This document shows, piece after piece, positions 13,049 through 27,482 of a DNA stretch of 64,000 nt (within the stretch, counting starts at the first letter, position 1; each line of letters opens with the position of its first letter). Under the pieces are notes generated by a model, which was not told the DNA's origin, did not search any database, and saw nothing but the letters and a program-made list of their open reading frames with translations. Source of the stretch: the human T2T-CHM13v2.0 reference genome, Homo sapiens; the NCBI RefSeq assembly GCF_009914755.1, contig NC_060937.1. One strand, written 5' to 3'. A program made the translations under genes and the position numbers.

Positions 13049-15501
13049 TTGTATTGTGTTTTGGTCCTAGGAGGATTATCTAAATGAATTTAAGTGTAGA
13101 AAGCTTTAAAATCCTTAGGGACAAGTAGAGTAACCATAACATGCAAAGACTCAAGAAGCCCCAGGGAAGAGTCAGCATTGGAAGTCTGTTACTGCAAAAG
13201 TTGTTAACAAATCTTAAAATACTAATTAGGCAAGTGCATAACTCACTATCCTAAATAATGAAATATGTGTGGCTGTTGTTCATGGTTCAAAATAATAAAT
13301 TCTAAATTAGTCACTCAGAGCATTATTAATAACTAAACACAGTCTGCAAAGAAGTTAATGTATTTTTTTAATGCTCATGAATTTTATAATAAGAGAAAAT
13401 ACCAAAAACAGACCCTTTTGAGATTAGTACGGATCTCTAAGTCTGGTTTTGTTGGAAGATTATTGGAGTTAGAATTGGAACACCTGTTTGAGTCCTGGCT
13501 CTGCTGGTCATTAGCTGTGCGATTTTGGGGAAGACAGTCTTTCTGTGTATTTCCTCACATAGGTAATCTACATGAAAGGACCTTAAACATTGCAAAATGC
13601 TTTTTAGACTATAAACTGTAGTTTGATTCAAAAGTATCCTTATGAAAATAAAGCATTCATTCATTCGTTTCTTCCTTTGTTCTTTCGTTCATTGATGAAC
13701 ACCTATCATAAGCTTAGCGTGGTAGAAGTTGCAATCTGGGATCAAAGGCAGAAGAAAAATGTTATGTCCATTCTTAAGAAACCAGTATCCTAGTTAAAAA
13801 GACAATACACATACAGCATGTCTAAGTAAATGCATCCTTCTAAGCTTTTCCTGCATTTAAATCCAGGGAAACACAAAGTGAGTAAGAGAAAGATTAGGAC
13901 TTACTCAAGGAAAGCCATTTTGAAGGAGGTCTTAGATTGTGTCCTGTAGTACAAGGAAGGGAAGGGGGTGGGAGTGGAGAGGGAGAAACAATTTACATGG
14001 CTGGATGACCATGACTAAGACAGATGAGGAAACAGTGAAGACATATTTGGTAATGGTCAGTCAATAATCAATCAGAGGACACATTTGCATTGGGTACGGT
14101 ATGAGTCTAGCACTGGTCCTAGGTGCTGTGGGGGATGTGGGAGAAGGAAGAGGCTCAGTCTCCATCCACTGATAATTTTAGTGGGAGGGGAGGTGAGATG
14201 AATACTGGCAAAGCCCCTGAAGAGATAGGGCATGAGTTTGGTGCTACAAGTTGTGAAACTGAACCGCGGGGCTGAGCCATCTGGTAATGTCTGGCTGATG
14301 CAGAGGAAGACTATACCTTTAAATCCACAGCTCAAGAAAACATGTCAGTTTGCCAAGTTTCTGCTAAGCCATCCTGAAAAAAATATTCAACAGCTTTCAC
14401 CAGCTAGAGGCCCCAATATCCAATCTTCTGTCTCAAATGATAAATGGCATTTGTCAGTTGACAAAGCAAATGGCCTCGACCATTTGAGGACATGGTCCTG
14501 CTGTGCATAGCACTCCTGTTGAACCAGCCAAGAGACCTTGAGGTGAGAAAAAGTCTTTTTGTGCATGAACCCTTCAGAGATGGTCTGGAAACAAGCAGCC
14601 ATTGTCACTCTGGGGTCAGTTCCTCATTAGGAGCTGGTAGGAAACAGCTATCTCGGCAGAAGAGGATTTCTCAGGTCCCGTGGCTGGATTAGCCAGGGGA
14701 TGGCCTGGAACCTTGCCGATGGGCATGCACTTTGGCTAAATTTCTGCTGGGGTCTTTGCCCTTTTTTTGTAGTATCCCAGATCCTATTGCTTTAGAGCTA
14801 AGTTAATATTGTTAGTGTGTGAAAGCATCAAGGGGTACAGCTCACATCGACACTAACAGCACAGTTGATGGTGTTGTGCATGGGGGTGGTGCAGGGGTAA
14901 GGTAAGTAATTTTCGCATGGTGGACTGTGGTGCTCTCAGTTTCCAGGTGTTTAGCCTCCCTGGCTCCCACCCACTGAATGGTAATGTCATCCCCAGTTAT
15001 GTGATTGTTAAAACTGTCTGCACATTTCCAACCTCCACTGCCAGGGTTTATGCAGAACCCAAAAGCACTTGGGGTGATGGGTGCTTGTAGGGAACCTGTC
15101 TTCCACCTGGTCCCAGCCTGCTCTGCTGTTCTCTAGGAACCTGGGGCAGGGTTGAGTCTTTGCCTTTCTCAAAACTGATCCCTGGGGGTTGGGGTGTTGA
15201 GGGTGGTGGACTGCGAGTTAGATTTGGTGTGTTCCTCACTCTGCTTTTTGAGCTAGGTGTTTACTCCATGCTGAGCCCTCTGGAAGAATCCCTCAGCTTT
15301 CCAGAAGGAGGTGAGGGCATGACATCGGGCTCGAAGGAGCTGGGAGAAGCAGATGAAGGAGGCCAATTGGGTAGATATGGGGACATTACTGAGGTCTCAC
15401 TGCAAACAGTTCCTAGCAAGAAGGGCTTTCCAGTTGATCCAGTCCAAGCTGAGGGCCAGGCATGGAGAGAACGCCAAGGTCAAGTGGTCTAACCACCTGT
15501 T

Positions 15502-15687
15502 CCAGTGTTTTCTAACGTGTGGTCCATTGATGATTCACATTAGATTGACCTGGGGTGCTTGTCAAAAATGCAGATTTGTGGCCTCTACAAACTTCTATGT
15601 CAGGTTTTCTGGATTTGGGGTTGAGAATCTGAATTTTCAAAAGCACCCCAGGTGATTCTTCTTCAAGCTGAATGTTGAGAGAACTAA
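15502..15687. mobile_element. MER5-like hAT-Charlie MITE
   Basis: CAGTGTTTTCTAACGTGTGGTCC..AAAATGCAGATT..CCCCAGGTGATTCT. Confidence 0.75.
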
Positions 15688-16209
15688 GGATCTAGCCAAT
15701 GCTTGAGATCCTTCTTTAAGAACTCTGATTAGTAACAGTCCACCTTTGGTCATCTTTAGTGGAGGAGGTCTCATTTTCTTTGGAGACAGCCCATTGCCTC
15801 TCTGGATAGCTCTGGTCAGCAAAATTTCCCAACAGGAAAGGTATGGTCTCGTTGATGGGGAACCACAAGCCCAAACTGTGTGTGTGAATACATGCATTTC
15901 CAATAGACTTGAAAGTATACACACTTTTTAACTAAGTGTGGCTCCTCATGGGAGGGAGAGTGAAATGTGGATAAGTGGGGAAGTTAATTGGGGAACTGTG
16001 ACTTTTTATTTTGTGTATGTATGTATTGTTCAAATTTTTCTTTTATACTCTACATGTATTAGTCGTGTAATTTAAAAAATAAGAGACAAAACAACACAAA
16101 CATTGATGTTCTTTACATTGAGCCCAAATCTACTTCTCCATTTTCCCGTCTAGTTCTAAGGGATTGCACAGAATGCTGTTTCTTCCTCATCTGCCAAATG
16201 TTTTGGAAG

Positions 16210-16320
16210 AGCCAGGCTCAGTGGCATGCTCCTGTATTTCCAGCTACTTGGAAGGATCACTTGTGCTCGGGAGTTTGAGACTAGCCTGGGCAACATAGCG
16301 AGATCCCATTTTAAAATTTG
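16210..16320 (+). mobile_element. FLAM/FAM Alu monomer
   Basis: Single 7SL-derived monomer ending GGGCAACATAGCGAGATCCCA. Confidence 0.85.
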
Positions 16321-17848
16321 TTTTATTTTAAAAAAGAAATTCAATGGAATTTTTAGAAAAAAAAGTTTTAAAATGCTGTTAGTTTGTTTCTTTTGTGGCA
16401 CCAGCTCTGTAGGCCAAGTGGTCCTGGTTCCTTGAACCTTGCACTGAAATGTGAGTCTTCCAGGAAACTACCCCTATGCTTGGTAATGCTGTTCAGCTTG
16501 ACTGTATTCTGTGAAAATTATGCTCTCTGCTCTGTACCGAGAGCAGTATCCTGGGTGTGGTTGGAGCAGTATGGAGGGAGCAGGACAGTCATTTTCATCT
16601 CCCTGGGTCCTATCTTTCCATGAATGCTGTTGCAGCCTTCTTGGCAGCAGTGTCACAGTGATGACTGCTATTGAGCAGAGTCAACGAAAACCTCTCAATC
16701 TTTTTCACACAGGCTGCTTCCAGGGCTTATTTGACCCCACTCTGTACTGCTTTCAGCTGGCTTTCTGGACCCTACTAGAGAACCTTAAACTAATTCCTAT
16801 TAAACTTCATCTTGTTAGGCTTGGCTCATTGATTCAGGAGTTGAAGCCACTTTTCTTTTTGCATCTTGATTTTGTTCTCAGCAGAAACCTCTTTTTGCGA
16901 AGTTTTATTTTATTTGACTGCTGCGGGGGAAAAGCCCTCTTTATTTTTGAACAGGAGACTCTTAGAAAATCAGCCCGAGCCAGGCATTTTCTAGTACCCT
17001 GAACAAATGCAGAATTTGCTGTCAGCCTGATTGGACACGGCTCCACGTCAGGGTCTGCTACCTGCAGGCTTCTATGGCGGGTCCCATGACATATGCTGCC
17101 AGGCTGGAAGGAAGCTCCACAGACAGCAGGTCCCCTTCCCAGACAGATGGGGGTCTCTCCTTTTCTGAAACATCCCTTGGGAAGGCTTGATTGGGAGCAT
17201 CTTCCCAAAATGGGATGTCTGTGTGTTGTGAGTGGCTTTATTGCTCAGAGCATCTGGATATGTTGTGATAAACAGCGTGATAGATGATTTTAATGCTTCT
17301 GGAATGGGTTGCCCAGACAGAAGGAACAGAACAGGGAACATTTGCCTCCCTATTGCTTGGAACAGAGAGGGGTTACTCACAAAAACTTTACCTGAGTTGT
17401 TCTTCTGCTTGTTGCAGTAGCAAGTTCAGCACTGTGGGCCTAAGGGGGTCTTAGAGAAGGGGATATTTACTTGAGGTAGTGAGCTGGATGGAGAGAGTGT
17501 TCATTTATATGTTCAGCAAAGAATCTTTGAGGTTTGAGGGTCACTGTGCTAGGGCATTGGGGATAAATGGCAAGAAAACCAGACATGAGCCCTGTGATCA
17601 CATGCTCTCAGGTTAGTCAAAGAGGCATATGTTAATGGAATGATCGCTCAAGTACAAGTATAATTACAATGGTAAATGAACAAAGAGAACATGTTGTTCT
17701 GCTGAGTATTCTAATTTCAGTCTAGAAGGTCAGGGAAGGGTTCTCTTAAGAGGTGATACTTCAGCTGAAATCTGCAAGTTGAGTGGGAAGTAACTTGGCA
17801 AAGAGGTGGAAGGTATGACAGGTATATGCTAAACATGTGCTAAGGCCC

Positions 17849-18203
17849 TGTATTAGTCTGTTTTCATCCTGCTGATAAAAACATACCTGAGACTGGGTAA
17901 TTTATAAAGAAGAAGAGGTTTAATGGACTCACAGTTCCACGTGGCTGGGGGGCCTCACAATTATGGTGGAAGGTGAAAGGCGCATCTTACATGGCGGCAG
18001 GCAAAAGGAAAATGAGAGCCGGGTGAAAGGGGAAGCCTCTTATAAAAACATCAGATCTCGTGAGACTTATTCAGCATGACAAGAACAGTATGGGGGAAAC
18101 TTCCCCCAATTATCTCCCATTGGGTCCCTCCCATAATGTGTGGGAATTATGGGAGCTACAATTCAAAATGTGACTTGGGTGGGGACCCAGCCAAACCATA
18201 TCA
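17849..18203 (-). mobile_element. THE1 (C/D-like) solo LTR
   Basis: TGTATTAGTC...CCAAACCATATCA termini; perfect 5-bp TSD GGCCC. Confidence 0.95.
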
Positions 18204-18324
18204 GGCCCTGTGGCAGATGGGAGAATAGGATGGTTAAGCACAGGAAAGAAGGCCAGTGTGTCTGGGTAAGGAGAGCAAGGAGGGAACATGTTGCAGTGTA
18301 AGGTTAGAAATATTAATAAAGATT

Positions 18325-18520
18325 GTGGTAATAATAATCATATTGATACTAATAGTAATGTTTTTACTGAAGGTTTATGGTGTTCCAGGTGCCATGGAAT
18401 GACTTCCTATGTATTAATTCACTTATTTTCTCTGACAAAGTTATAACATATGTACTCTTACTATTTCCATTTTATAGAAGAGGAAATTGAGACACAGAAA
18501 AGTAACTTCTCTAAACTGGT
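18325..18520 (-). mobile_element. MIR
   Basis: CCATTTTATAGAAGAGGAAATTGAGACACAGA core. Confidence 0.8.
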
Positions 18521-19362
18521 GAGGAGCAGTGCTCTGCAAGTTCTTAGAGTTCCCTTTTGGGATTTGTTCTTTATCTTCACAACTATGGAAAGCTATTGAA
18601 GATTATAAGCAGGGTAGAGATATGATAAGATTTGTGTTTTGAGGTTGCTCTGGCTGCTAGGTGGAGAATGGATGGAAAGGAGCAAAGGGGAAGCTGGGGA
18701 AAGCAAAAAGAGACAGCTGTCTCTGGGATTCAAGTGAGAGATGCCACCAGCTCATGCTGGCATGGGGGGCATGGTGATGGAAGGAAATAAACTGGTTTGA
18801 AAGGTGAAATGTTTTTAAAGTAAATCAAGATCTGGTAAGGGATTGGACAGAGGGTGAAGGAGAAGAAGATGTCAAGGATGACCCCTAGGTTTCCATCAAA
18901 TCGAACTGGATGGATGGGGAAAATGATGAACTGGGCTTTTGGCACAATCAGTTTGATTAGCTGAAAGGGAGAGCCAAATAGGCAGTAGGACATGAGCTTC
19001 TGTTGCTCAGAGAAGAGGACTGGACTCTGATTCTGGGAGTCATTGATGAATAGGTGGTAAATGAAGTTGTGGCCTGGGTGAGATGGCTTAGGGAGAGAGT
19101 AAAGAGGAAGAAGCCAAGTTAGCCTGGGACAGACCCAGCCTTAATGAAATCTAGTGTGCTGGCCAGATAGAGGAAGGTAAGCTTGCGGAGGGGACAGAGA
19201 AGGAAGTGGCCAGAAGTTGCAAACCAGGAGAATGTGTGGGCACGGTTTCCAGGAGAGAATGCATTTGTGGGAAGAGGCAGGGTTACTAGTGCTGTATGCT
19301 GCTGCGATGTCAAATAATATGAGGAATAGACATTGTCCATGGAATCCAACAAAAAGGAGATC

Positions 19363-19826
19363 ATGTTCATTTTCTAGGGTGCCATAGCAAATTACCACAA
19401 ACTGGGTGGCTTAAAACAACAGGAATTTATTCTTCTACAGTTCTGAAGGCAAGAAACCTGAAATCAAGTTGTGGGCAGGGCTATGCCCTGTCTACAGGCT
19501 CAATGGGAGGATCCTTCCATGCCTCTTTCAGCTTCTGGTGGTTGTCGGAGATGCTTGGCATTCCTTGGCTTGTAGATGCATCACTCCATTCTCTGCCTCC
19601 ATCTTCACAAGGCCTTCATAGGCTTCTCCTCTGTGTGTCTTCATGCCTTTCTCTCTTTTTATAAGGACACAAGTCGCATTAGATGGGGCCCACCCTAATC
19701 CAGTCTGACCTCATCTTAACTTGATTATGTCTGCAAAGAACATATTTCCAGATAAGGTCAAATTCACAGATCCTAGGGGTTAGGACTCAAACACATCCTT
19801 TTGGGGTGCCAAGTCAATTTATAACA
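19363..19826 (-). mobile_element. MLT1C-like solo LTR
   Basis: AAATTACCACAAACTGGGTGGCTTAAAACAACAG..ATAAGGTCAAATTCACAG..TAACA. Confidence 0.9.
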
Positions 19827-19963
19827 GATTTCTTCAGTAACTTTGAGAGCTGTTTTTGTGGCAAGATGAGGGAAGATGTCCAGAGTGTGTTGAGAAGAGA
19901 TCGAGAGGTGGAAAATAATATGGGCTAGCACAAAAAAAAAACTCTTTTAAGAAATTTGGTTGC

Positions 19964-20560
19964 ATGACTGTTCAAAGTAGCCAAAGTTTGGCAGCAACTT
20001 AAATGTTTATCAACAGATGAATGGGGAAAAACATGGCACATATACATGATGGAGTACTATTCAGTCATAAAAAAGAATGAGATCCTGTCATTTGCAACAT
20101 GGATGGAAGTGGAGGTCATTAACGTGAAATAAACCAGGCACAGAAAGACAAACATTGCATGTTCTCACTTATTTGTGGGATCTAAAGATGAAAACAATTG
20201 AACTCATGGTCATAGAGAGTAGAAGGATGGTTACCAGAGGCTGGGAAGGGTAGTAGGGGGTGCAGGAAAGTGGGAATGGTTAATGGGTAGAAAAAACCAG
20301 AAAGAATGAATAAGATCTACTACTTGATAGCACAACAGGGTGACTATAGTCAATAATAACTTCACTGTACATTTAAAAATAACTGAAGGAGTATAATTGG
20401 ATTGTTTATAACACAAAGGATAAGTGCTTGAGGGGATGGATACCCCATCTTCCCTGATGTGATTATTGTGCATTGCATGTATCAAAACATCTCATATACT
20501 CCATAAATATATGCACTTACAATGTAACCACAAAAGTTAAAAATGAAACATTAAAAAAAA
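19964..20560 (+). mobile_element. L1MA2/3-like 3' end
   Basis: ORF2 end, 3' UTR and A tail; TSD AAGAAATTTGG(T/C)TGC. Confidence 0.92.
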
Positions 20561-20589
20561 AGAAATTTGGCTGCCTAGAGCACTAGAGC

Positions 20590-20780
20590 AGTAGACCAGT
20601 GTCAGAAAACCTCTGTCTGAGCACCAGCTCCACCACAACTGGTGTGACCTTGGGTCAACCACTTCACCTGTCTGAGCCCTGGTCTCTCATTTGGGGAATG
20701 ACCATGTTCACTTTAGAGTAAGTTGGAGCTCTTGTGAAGCTTCAAGGAGATAAGGCACAGTAACATTTGCAGACTCTAAA
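20590..20780 (+). mobile_element. MIR fragment
   Basis: GTGTGACCTTGGGTCAACCACTTCACCTGTCTGAGCC core. Confidence 0.7.
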
Positions 20781-21699
20781 AGCAATAGGAGATGCAAGTG
20801 ATTATGGTTATGTGGTTTTAGGGAGACTCTGGCCCACATTTGGCAATATGTGTAAGGCAGGAGGCCTAGGTAGAACATCAGGGTTGGGTACCTCCTTCCT
20901 TCACTGAGTCTTCTGACCCACCCAGATGACATGAAGACCTCTCTGTTGAGCAGGCTGGGCTTTCTGGCTGCACTCTGACCAGTCTTCCTGGAGGAACTGT
21001 GTATGTGTGGTTGTGTGGCATGGTGTTCCTCTGTCCTTGCCCATAGGAGGCTTCCCATCAGTCCAGTGTCTTACACACTCAATCTTGGAACCTCTGACAC
21101 AGGCAGAGAAGTTGTAGCCTAGAGACTTGGCTCCTGGATGCCAGTGGGGGCCTAGAAGACTCTACCTGCTTAGGTCCAGTGTCTGTCACCAGAGCAGGCC
21201 TCTAGCAGCCAAGCCCCAAGACCTTCTGTGGGTTGACAAAGAGGGGGACACTTTGCCCCAGGGGCTGGGGAAACTGGGCAGAAGCTGGTTCTAGAGGTTC
21301 CACTGAGCAAGCTGAGGGCAGGCAGGACCCACAGCCTTAAGAGTAACTGGAGAGTTCCCTGCAGGGTGTAACCCGGCAGCGATGGGGCTGCAGGCAGCAG
21401 TCCCTCCCGCCCCTGCCCCTGGAGTCAGGGAAGCAGAGAGTGGTGGTATACTCTGTGAGGAAGGCCAGATTGTCCTCTCAAGGAAGAGGCTGGTTGGCTA
21501 CAGGGGCTTGTTTCTAGCAATGATTAATTTACTCCTTGCTGGATTTGTTGGATGTCAGACCCAGGCGCTGAGCTGGGTGGCTGGGGAAGTGCCAGGGTTG
21601 AGAGGCTGCAGCAGCGGGGCTGAGTGGCAGAGACACCAGCAGGCGTGGGGGTTTACCAAGTGCAGCGTGTCTTAACAGGAAGAGAAACTCCCTCCAAAG

Positions 21700-21849
21700 C
21701 AGCCCTTATGTGCACATCACCCAGAGATCTCTTTAAAATGCAGATTTGTTTACATTAGGTCTGGGGTAGGGCTAGAGGTTCTGCATTTCTAAAAAGTTCC
21801 CCGGTGATGCCCATGCTGCTGTCTCACAGACCACACTTTTGGTAACAAG
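21700..21849. mobile_element. MER5A-like MITE
   Basis: AAAATGCAGATT..TCTGCATTTCTAA..AGACCACACTTT. Confidence 0.8.
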
Positions 21850-21869
21850 GGTAGGGGAAGGGGGGTTAA

Positions 21870-22250
21870 GAGTCAGCACTCAAGGGAATCTCATGGCATT
21901 CAATTGCAGGGGCTGCAGCCAAGTCTCCCAGGAATCAGGAGTTGTCAGCAGGGACAGATTGTCTCTCTGGAGCTGCACTGGTCTCTTGTCTGCACATCTG
22001 CTCTTTTCTCCTCTAGTCTGGCTTCCTCTGCAAGCAGTTGTAACTTGGCTTGCCCTTGACTGTCCTTACCATTGCAAGGACCCTGACCTCAGCCTCACAG
22101 CACCAGCACCCAACTCTGTGGGGGCTGTAGCTTTTTTGTCTCTTCAGACTTGTTTTTCCTCTCAAGATTCTGATTGGTTTAGCCCTGTCAGGTGACCACA
22201 CTCAGTTTAAGCAGCTGTGCTAAGGGGCCAACATGCAGAGCTTCTCTGGA
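21870..22250 (-). mobile_element. Old MLT1-like LTR remnant
   Basis: TTCTGATTGGTTTAGCCCTGTCAGGTGACCAC motif. Confidence 0.4.
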
Positions 22251-22324
22251 GCCCTTTCAAGCAAGGTTAGGGGACCCCACCCAGTGGGAAGACTCAGTGA
22301 GGTGGGTTAAGAAAAATGCAGCCT

Positions 22325-22630
22325 AGCCAGGCGTGGTGGCTCACGCCTGTAATCCCAGCACTTTAGGAGCCAACGCTGGTGGATCACGAGGTCAGGAGTT
22401 CAAGATCAGCCTGGCCAATATGGTGAAACCCCGTCTCTACTAAAAATACAAAAATTAGACGGGCGTGGTGGCGGGGGCCTGTAATCACAGCTACTTGGGA
22501 GGCTGAGGCAGAGAATTGCTTGAACCCTGGAGGCAGAGGTTGCAGTGAGCCGAGATCACACCACTGCACTCCAGCCTGGGTGACAGAGTGGTGAGACTCC
22601 ATCTCAAAAAAGAAAAGAAAAGAAAAGAAA
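22325..22630 (+). mobile_element. AluSg-like
   Basis: GGATCACGAGGTCAGGAGTTC diagnostic; (GAAAA)n tail; TSD AAGAAAAATGCAG(C/T)CT. Confidence 0.95.
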
Positions 22631-25257
22631 AGAAAAATGCAGTCTTGATAAACTTTTTCAAACATTATCAGAAACTTTAAAAAAAGTGAAAATTTCAGCA
22701 TATATTTTGGCTGCTTTCCAAAATGCACATTTAGTTTGTATTATTCATGGAACTAGGTGGGTGGGCACCATAATCTTCTTGCTAAAGGCCCTGGAAGGAG
22801 CAAGGGCTTAGGGTGAGCCCCAAATATGCCTCAAAGAGAAGTCAACAGGGGGCGTGTAGAGACCAAGGACCTGTGGACTGAGACACATTAGGAGGTGGAG
22901 GAGGAAAGAACCTGAGATGGGGCTGTTTGTTGGTTCATGTGCCCCAGGTCAGATCAACTGTGAAGAAGCTGCTGTAGCATCTTTGTAGCCCAGGAACAAT
23001 GACCCAGGCACTAGATCTCAGGTGCATGAGGAGGGACTGAATTTAAGTGACAGCAATAGAGTCTGGAGATGGGGAAGGGTTATGGCTCATTCACTTGGGT
23101 TTCTAGACCTAAAAATGTACAGATATGGAAACAAGACCTACAGAGATTCTGACCCACTCAAGGTTAACCTCCCAGTTGTGGCTGAGCTAGCCAAGAAAGT
23201 CAGTGTCCTGACACCCAGCCATGAGCTTTTCTGAAATTGAGGGGACTCTTAAGAATACATAATACTACTAAGCTTTTCGTTCACACAGAGTTTGCAAAGC
23301 AGTCATGGAGGACTCTCTGAAGAAGGGCAAACGGTCCCTGATGGGGAGGAGCTGCTTGCTGCAGGAGCTCGTTGCCAGCAATTATTAATTCACTCCTGCT
23401 GGATCCGTCTTGGGGGCCTCCCGCGCACAATAACATTAGGAGTGTTGGCAGCTGCGGAGGGAGAAGCCCTGCTCAGAGGGAGGAAGGTGGGACTCGTCAC
23501 AAGGTTGCTCTGCTCCCAGTTCCTGCTCTTGGGAGAAATGCTCAGTGCTTTTGGGCCTGGGATCAGGCTGCTGAGGACACAGTGTTCTGGGGATGGTGGC
23601 AGATCTTGGAGAAGGGACAGAAACTGGGCCAAGAGACTGGAACTTATGCAAATCAGGCCTGAGGATGGCTCAAGGAGGGGGCAGCCCCTGCCTCATGCCT
23701 CCTCCCTCAATATATCCAGAGCCAAACACCTCAGGAATGAGGAAAAAGAAATCTTCAGGAGGAACATAATCTTTCACCATCAATGCTAAGCTTTGTAGGA
23801 GGGTGTGTAGGTGTGTATGTGTAGGGAAAGCAGTGAGCCCTCGTTTTCTCTTGAATCCTTTCTTGCTAAAATATTCCACACTTCTAAATGCCTATGGGGC
23901 AGAGAGGTTTAGCAGAAAGAAAACTTGGTGGGTAAAGAAGCAGGAGAACAGGGTTAATAATTGCATTAGGCCTGGGAGCAGCTGAATGCATCTTCTGGGG
24001 TCTGGAGGTCTCTCCAGAATTTTTTTTGAAGGGTCAGGTTTCTCAGAGCTGCTGCGTACTGTTGTGCAGGCTGGGCACTGAACAGTTCCAGGGGCTGCCA
24101 GTCCTACTGTGAAGGTGAAGCCCCCAGCAGCAGCCTTATTTTGTGTAAGTTATTAAATTAGGGATGACCTATGGCAAAACTGTGAAATTTAGAAACAGTG
24201 TCTTCTACTCTGTTCTCCGTGCCCCTCCTTTTCCTGTTTGGCAACTCATGTTCTAGCAGTTGCCTAGCCAAAACTGTCTATTCCCCAGTTTAAAACTTTC
24301 CCTTCTTTTTTCCTCGCAAGTCATTCCACTTCCTTGATTTCCTCAGCATGACTGACTTGAAGAGAAAGTCCATCTGACAAACAGTGTGCTAAGGGAAACA
24401 GTCATAGAATCATAGAGCCGGGACGGATGGGGCAGGCCATCCTGGCCAGAGATGACAAACCCTGCGCCAAGGATTTTGATTTATTTTTAAGTTCAAATGT
24501 GGAGGCCTTCCCTTGGGTTATGTTTTTTCTATTTCTCCGCAGCCCCATGATTCCTTATCATTTCACAACTACCCGCTTAAATCAGTTATGTTACCTGTGA
24601 GCCTTGAGGTGGATACTTCTGAGTGTATTGAGCCCCCACTCATTGCCCTCACTTTAGAGATTAGGAAGCTGAGGCTCAAAGAGGTGGCATAACTTTCTTA
24701 ATATGTTCAATCTCCAAGGTGTATTGGCTTTTTTAAGTATGGGAGCCGTAGGGGAAACTTTGAGGAATAAATCTCAGATGGCGGGGAGCTGCCCAGGATC
24801 ACATCGTTTGTCTGCTGGCTGGACTCTCTAAGCAATTTTTTCATGGTTTCCCTAACTGTAAAATGCGGGCATGGGACTCCTTCACTTCAGATATTCCTTC
24901 TGGTTTCTTCATTCTCTGATTCCTTCTCTAGAGAAGTTGGGGAGATTCCACTGACAAAGGTTAATTGTTAGAATCTCTCAGGAATTCACACCTTAGCAAA
25001 GTGTGTACACCGTAAACAACTGGATCAAAGCAGATTAGAATCATTTTCCCACTTGTCTGATAGTTAATACCTGAGAAACTGATTGGATTGCTATATGATC
25101 CCTCTAATTTAGATAAGATGGCCTAAACAATTAGATCGACCCTACAGTAGTCACTAAATTGAATCAGCACTGGCTTCTCATTTTGGCTCTGTTATCACCA
25201 CTTGATCACACGATTTGTAGACAGGTGTCTATTGCCCTAAATTCTGCATTATAGGTG

Positions 25258-26300
<1,043 letters not shown>

Positions 26301-26355
26301 GGGGAAAAAAAAAGGTAAGAAATAAGAGCTTACGTGGAGAGGGGCTGGTAGGTGA

Positions 26356-27075
26356 TGTTAGCAGCAGCAGCGAATCCATATGGGTCTGCAGCAACCTCAG
26401 TTCTTCCTTGTCAGAAGAAAGAATTCGACTGAGAGGCATAAGGCAGAAGGAGAGACTAAGGCAAGTTTTAGAGCAGGAGTGAAAGTTTATTAAAAAGCTT
26501 TAGAGCAGGAATGAAAGGAAGGAAAGTACACTTGGAAGAAGGCCAAGTGAGTGACTTGAGAGATCAAGTGCATAGTTTGCTCTTTGACTTGGGGTTTCAT
26601 ATGTTGGCCTGCTTCCAGGATTGCATCCCTCCTCCCCAGATTCTTCCCTTGGGGTGGACTGTCCACATGCATAGTGGCCTGCTAGTGCTTGGGAGGGGAG
26701 CATGCACAGTGTGTTTACTGGAGTTGTGCACATGCTCACTTGAGGCATTCTTCCCTTACCAGCCAAATGTCCCTAGGAGGTCATATACCAGTTAAATGCC
26801 CCCACTTCGCTTCTTAATGTGCATGTTTGAGCCCACTCACCCAGCTCCTGAGGTCCTATCAGGAAGCTGTTGATCACTAGTTTCAGGTGTTCCTGTGTAT
26901 TGGGAGACTGCTTTTCCCTGGCACTGTCTGTGACCAATGATTATTTTAGAGACAGCTTAACAACCTCCTGAACATCACCTGATGGTTGCCTGACATTCCT
27001 GGGGGAATGTTGGAGTGGGAGTGGGGGGAAGCCCTGTCCTGCTCTGCTCATGTCTGATTAGCTACCTCTGTAACA
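26356..27075 (-). mobile_element. MER50 ERV1 solo LTR
   Basis: TGTTAGCAGCAGCAGCGAATCCATATGGGTCTGCAGCAACCTC..AGAAGAAAGAATTCGACTGAG; ends TGTAACA. Confidence 0.85.
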
Positions 27076-27229
27076 GAGAGAAGAAATTCTAAGAAGGCTC
27101 CAGGACTATGCCTTCCACATATCCAGGACGTGGTTTCCCATATGTCTGTGGGCTCTCCTCTCTGCTCTCTTCACCCCATCCTGGGCCCTAGTTCTCCATT
27201 CTGGAAAAAGCCACAGATTCTTTGGGGAG

Positions 27230-27266
27230 ATGGTCTGATTAATAGCTCATGGTCTGATTAATAGCT
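27230..27266. repeat. 19-bp tandem duplication
   Basis: ATGGTCTGATTAATAGCT(C) x2. Confidence 0.95.
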
Positions 27267-27284
27267 TTCAGGATGAGCAAAATA

Positions 27285-27480
27285 TTGATCCAGAGTGTGG
27301 GCTCTGGAGCAGACTGCATGGGTTCAAATCCTGGCATTACTCTTAATCATCTGTGTGACTCTAAGGAGAATCACTTAAGCTCTCTGTCTGTTTTGTCATC
27401 TAGAAAATGGGGATAATAACAACCCTTGCCTCACGAATTAAATGAGCAGTTACATACAAAGCGCTTAAAAATTGCCCAGA
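27285..27480 (+). mobile_element. MIR interrupted by L1PA (tail resumes ~28145-28195)
   Basis: GGGTTCAAATCCTGGC..AAAATGGGGATAATAAC. Confidence 0.85.
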
Positions 27481-27482
27481 GC

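Larger units (their letters stand above)
17500..19950 (-). mobile_element. Long fragmented L2 interrupted by THE1, MIR and MLT1C
   Basis: Antisense L2 tail at ~17500 (TTCATTTATATGTTCAGCAAA), with collinear L2-like segments resuming after each insertion. Confidence 0.65.

Noticed and set aside
16511-17002. 163-aa ORF
   Set aside because: GTG start, Leu/Phe bias from T-rich DNA and no recognisable homology.
17427-17447. RE1/REST-like TTCAGCACTGTGGGCC
   Set aside because: The right half-site (GGACAG) is missing.
23292-23789. 165-aa ORF in apparently unique sequence
   Set aside because: Non-ATG start, no recognisable domain or convincing splice sites; overlapping ORFs on both strands suggest a compositional effect.
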